A stretch of DNA of 64,000 bases from Chrysomallon squamiferum (taxonomy: Eukaryota; Animalia; Mollusca). A model generated the notes under the pieces. The model searched no databases, was not told the DNA's origin, and was given only the letters and a program-made list of their open reading frames with translations. Location: the NCBI GenBank assembly GCA_012295275.1, contig CM022672.1:186001-250000 (forward strand), read 5' to 3'. The translations under genes were made by a program, and so were the position numbers. Shown here in pieces: positions 55,701 through 61,700 of the stretch (position 1 is the first letter of the stretch; every line of letters starts with the position of its first letter).

Positions 55701-58700
55701 GATAAAGATTTCATTTGACATTTCTCTGTGGACCAGACAGGATGGCTCAGTAGTCATGCCAGACATTTTTAGCTCCATCTGCCCAGGTGACTGCAGCACA
55801 CATGGAAACTGCTCACAAGGTTTGTCTTTAATTGATGATAAAAGGTAGTGATACAACTTTATGTTTAAAACATTATACTGATAAAACTTTGTGTTTATAA
55901 TGTAGACTAAGTGATAATATTTAAATTTGTATAAAGTTTTCTATAACTGATGTTCTAAAATTGTTATGTATAATTTTTATAATTATTTCTGCCTTGTACT
56001 ATTAAACTGTGACCATTCATGAATCTTCTGTTTACAGAAACTGACAAGTATATTTACAACACGTCTCTTTGTGTAACTGTTATCTGTTTGTAGTAACAGT
56101 ATGAAATATATCTGTAACAAGTCTTGTTATGTAAATAACTGTGAAATTATTTTACAGGAACATGTGAGTGTCAAGAAGGCTTTGCTGGAGATGACTGTTC
56201 TGTTAATGTAACAGCAGCACCAACGTTAGAGTCACTGAAACGTGACATGTGTGACATCCGTGTTGATGATCGCTGTGGAGACATCATTGTCTTTGGAGGA
56301 CCATTTGTGAAATCAGCCAGTCTTACTTGTCATCTTACAGTTCTAACTGTTAGTATGACTTTGATTTGTCTGTAGTTAAATCTACCGTCACCTTTATTCT
56401 AGCTACAGTTTAATAAACCTTTACCTTTATATCTACAGTTTAATATATCTTTAACTTCGAAAACTGAATGACATTTCTGATGTTACATGTCACTGTTACA
56501 TCTTTCTTCTTTTTCATTCACATTTATACTACAGAAAGGGGAGAAAAGATCAACAGTTTGCAAGAAAAATTAAATGTGCTATTTTATTATGTCTGGATTT
56601 TAATTGAAAAATGTTAATATATCTATCTTTTAAAACTTACTGATGATTTAAATGTTAGTATTAATTCTGACATTAACTTCTATTATCTTTTTGACTGATG
56701 TTAACTATTTGACTGTTGGTAAACAATACTGATATTAATCTACATGTTAACACTTCTCATATTACTACATTTCTTCCAGAAACAAAATGATGGCAGTTTC
56801 CAGGAAGGAAGTACAAAAAAAGTGCCTGCAATTTTTATCAGTTCAGAAATTGTTATTTGCCGTGTTGATGATGAGGCTAGCTACATGGTTGCAGTGAGCA
56901 ATGATGGAAGAACATTAAGTGAGAAGAAGAAGTACATCAAGTATGACTCAAACTGTGAGGTGTGCACACTGGAGAAATGTGTCCCACAAGTGAGTCTGTA
57001 TTAACACATCAATACATTTAACAAACAAACAAACAAACAAACAAACAAATAAACATTCTCTGTTTTTTGCAGAAAAATGTGTGTTTCATTGACAAAAGCT
57101 GCTACAAAGAGGGCTCAGTTAACCCAAAGAACAAAACACAGATTTGTACAACAACTACATCAACCACATCATGGTCTCATCTCAGCAGTAAGTAGTGTCA
57201 GTGCAGAACTGTGAGTAGTGAATCTGTGGAACTGTGGGTAGTAAATGTGAGTCTATAGACCTGAGTAGTGAATGTGTCGATAGAGAACTGTAAGTAGTGA
57301 ATCTGTGTCAATATAGAACTGTAAGTAGTGAATCTGTGTCAATATAGAACTGTGAGTAGTGAATCTGTGAAACTGTGGGTAGTAAATGTGAGTCTATAGA
57401 CCTGAGTAGTGAATGTGTTGATAGAGAACTGTAAGTAGTGAATCTGTGTCAATATAGAACTGTAAGTAGTGAATCTGTGTCAATATAGAACTGTGATAGA
57501 ACTGTGAAACTGTGGGTAGTAAATGTGAATAGACCTGTGTGAATGTATCAATATAGAACTGTAAGTAGTGAATCTGTGTCAATATAGAACTGAATCTGTG
57601 GAACTGTGGGTAGTAAATGTGAGTCTATAGACCTGAAGTGAAGTGTCGATAGAGAACTGTAAGTAGTGAATCTGTGTCAATATAGAACTGTGAGTAGTGA
57701 ATCTGTGTCAATATAGACCTGTGAGTAGTGAATCTGTGTCGATACAGAACTGTAAGTAGTGAATCTGTGTCGATATAGAACTGTAAGTAGTGAATCTGTG
57801 TCAATATAGAACTGTAAGTAGAGAATGTGAGTCAATATAGAACTGAGCAGTGAATTTGTGTCAGTGTAGAACTGAGTAGTGAATTTGCGTCAATACAGAA
57901 TTGAGTAGTGAATGTGAGTCTATAGAACTGAGTAGAGAATGTGTGTCAATCTAGAACTGTGATTAGTGAATGTGTATCAGTCTAGAACTGTAAGTAGTGA
58001 ATGTGCATCAATACAAAACAATCTAGTGAACAGTGAAGAAATCACCAAGTATCATGTATTTTAAATACTATTTCAGTTAAAAAGTGACTATCAGAAGATT
58101 TGGCTTCCTGAACATTATTGGTAACCTTCTGCTGACAATGTCTGGCAGTCTGACACTTTATGGGAAGCCAATGTTTGTGACTGGACCTACAGGAGCCAAA
58201 GCTTTACTCCTTGATGGAAAACACGACTTTGTGGACTTTGGAAATATGTCAGACAGTTGCCTAGGAAACCTGGCATTGTGCAAGTTTGGTCTTACAGTGT
58301 CATTCAAGCTTAAGCTCATCTCCTTCAGAAACAATGTGTACATCTTCTCCAGCGGTGATGACAATATGGCTGGTATGGCCATGTGGTGGAGGAAGAATTA
58401 CCTGTACTTGCGTGCTGTAACCTCTCGTTATGAGTGGGTGGTGAAAGCAAGGTTCAGTAAAAGAGCATTCACAAACAAGTTTGTAAACATTGAGTTTTCA
58501 TGGAGTCAGCAAGCTGGACTCAGCCTCTATTTTAATGGTCAAATGGTGGACAAGAAAGTGAAGGCACGAAAAATTGGAGGATTCCGCATTTTTGGTCACA
58601 AGTTTTACTTTGGTCGTCATTATACAAAGAAACAGTTTGCACATTGTGTCATATCAGATTGGAATGTTGTGTTTGCTCACAAAGACATTGTCAGTGGGTT

Positions 58701-61700
58701 TGATATCAAACTGGGTAAGTTTTAATGTCTCACTTGAAGTCTCTAACTCATTCAGAAATATGTCAGTTGGTTTGGCATCAAATTGGATAAGTTATCTGTT
58801 TTATATTTTAAAATCTTAACTAAACATGGAAGTGGAATATGAATTAAGAAGCATCTGTTAAATAACATCAAAGAAGTTTTGCTACTAAAATATATTTTAT
58901 TTCAGACATATTTGTTATTTATGCTAGGATTCCATTGAGTAGTTGTTGTATTGGTTTTTAATGTTTTATTCAGATCTACCTGAATTCAAACATGAACCAG
59001 AGCTTAGAATGGGTAAATCATCACTGGTGTGCTCAGCAAGTCGACTGGAACAAGCAGATCTGCAGTATACTGTAAAGTGGCAAATCAACAGTAAAGTCAT
59101 CATATCAGAGAAGATTGAGAATGTGTCTGACAGCAAACTGGAACATTCTCTGAACCACTCACTCATTGAACATCTCAGATTTGGAGACAAGATTTCCTGT
59201 TCCTTTTCTGCCTGTGTGGCTGCAAACTGTGAACAAAGTGCTGGGCCCTGGAGACAGAGTCGCCCTCTGGTGGCACAAGTTGAAGTGAGTATAGAGATAT
59301 TAGCATGGGAACACATTAGTTTATAGTAACATCTAATTTCTGTGTGTAAATAGTATTTTTACTCGCATAGTTTTAACAAAAAAACAACCAAAAGAATAAA
59401 GATTTTCTCAAACAGATAACATTTTGTAATGCACAACAAAAGTTTTACATGAAGTGTTATCATTTACAGTTACTGACAGACAAACTGACTGTGTATGAAG
59501 GAGCAGCCTATGGCTACATTGAGGTGAAAGCAACCGTACCCCCCAAACTTCTGTGTAACCGTGACGACCAAGACTGCCGACTAACTGTGCAGACAGAGCT
59601 GAAACGTGAGAGAAGAGAAGTGAAGTGTTTGACAGGGTTTGAGATTTCCCAGGCTGTGTTTGTCAGTCAAGGAGGCAGAGATGCATGTACATATGAGATA
59701 CAGACAGAGAAGTGGTCTGATGTGCTGAGAATTGCAGTGAAGGGATCCATTGATGGCTTGAAAGACAGAGACAGGAAGAGAACAATCACTGTGACTGCCC
59801 ACATTCTTGTGTCTCAACTGCAAGTTCAAAGTGTCACTGTGGGAGATGTCCAGGTATTTTATCTGTGTTTAGAATATACATATTTCTACCTCTGTCATTA
59901 GTAATTTGTATTCATAGTCCAGATACATTTTACAAATAGAGATATGTTAGTGAATTACTTTAGTACAAATAGTATTTTATAATCAAAACAATAATTTAAA
60001 TTTATATGTATATTATATTATTTGCCAAATGTAATTTGTAATTTATTAAATTATGTTGATGTTCTATTGTAATTTTTGAGACAAATATAAATATATTAAA
60101 CTTATCTGTTGACAAAATAAGTACGAAGTGTTATATATAGAAGTAGAAGTAGATAATTAATTTGTTTTTTTTGTAAACAATAAAGATATAAAGATTCTGA
60201 CACATTAATGTGAGACAAATTATTAGATATTTTAAAAAGATAAAACCGATATTTTAACAGCTGACTGTCAAGGACAGAGACAAGTCTGCTGTCTGTCTGT
60301 CTGTTGGTGACCCTCATTTTACAACATTTGACAAGAAGTAAGTTATTTTTTATTCAGATTTTCAAATATGATAAATATGTAATTTATTAAGATTTCATTA
60401 AAAAAATCATTGTTTTGATTTAAGATTAAGCATAGAGGCAATACAACAAAGTGTCAGTAATGAATGTTGTTATTTTACAGACGATACAACAACTACCTAG
60501 AGGGAGAGTTCATTCTGTACAGACACAAAACACTGCCATACGAGGTGAGTGTAATAAACACTATCATTTAATACCTAGCTAACTTTATAAATTAATCTTT
60601 TATAGCCACCTACTACATTATAAGCTTCATCTGGATTGATCCCACTGTCAACTCACAGCCAGACATATTATTATTATTACCATCATCATCATCATCATCA
60701 TTATTAATATTTCTGTAATAAAATATTTTTTTAACAGATAAGAACATTTCTGCGTAACTGCAATGGGAAGGCTTCATGTAACTGTGCAGTGGCTGTCAAG
60801 TCTGGAGATGATATCATTGTCATTGATCGCTGTGGTGCAAAGAAAGGTGGCAGACGTCGACCAATAATACCACGATTGTATCTGAATGGAGAACTCACTG
60901 CACAGACTCAGATAATCAGACACAGTGGAGGCAGGAAATATCAGGTATTAAAATGCAAAGTATTAGATACACACCCAGGTAATATCAGGTATAGAGTATT
61001 AGATATACGCTGATTGGCATTCTATGTAAAACAACAAATACTGAGATATGTTAAAAGTATTATTTGTTTTCAGGTGATACTGCCTACAGGGGGGATTGTT
61101 ACTGTACAGTATGGGAGAGGAGTAACAGCAAAGTTCCTCACTGTTTCATACAAAGCATCTTCTGTTGACTTCATGAATACAGAAGGTAAACAACTCAAAA
61201 TTCCATAATTTTCCATACAAATCTTCTTCTGCTGACTTCATGAATACAGAAGGTAAAGAAGTTAAATTTTATGAGTGTCATATTCTTTTAACTTCATGAA
61301 TAAAGAAGGCAAACATACTAAAATTTGTCAGTTTTATACAGAGCTTCTTCATGAATACAAAAGGTAAACAAGTCAAAATGTCTCAATTTCATATTCTATT
61401 GATTTCATGTTTGTTTCAATTAGATGTGTAACTAGGTCCTTGTATATATTTAAATGATAAATATTTTAATTAAATGTTCAACAAGGTCTGTATCTGTACG
61501 TAAATGATGAATATTTCAATTAAATATGAAACTAGTTCTGTGTATGTATTATTTAAATGAAAATATTATAATTACATGTCTAACTTTGTTATTTGTATGC
61601 ATTTAAATGATAAATATTTCAATTATATTTATAACTAGGTCTGTGTATGTATTTAAATAACAAATGTTTTAACTACATTTATAACTAGGTCTGTGTGGAA

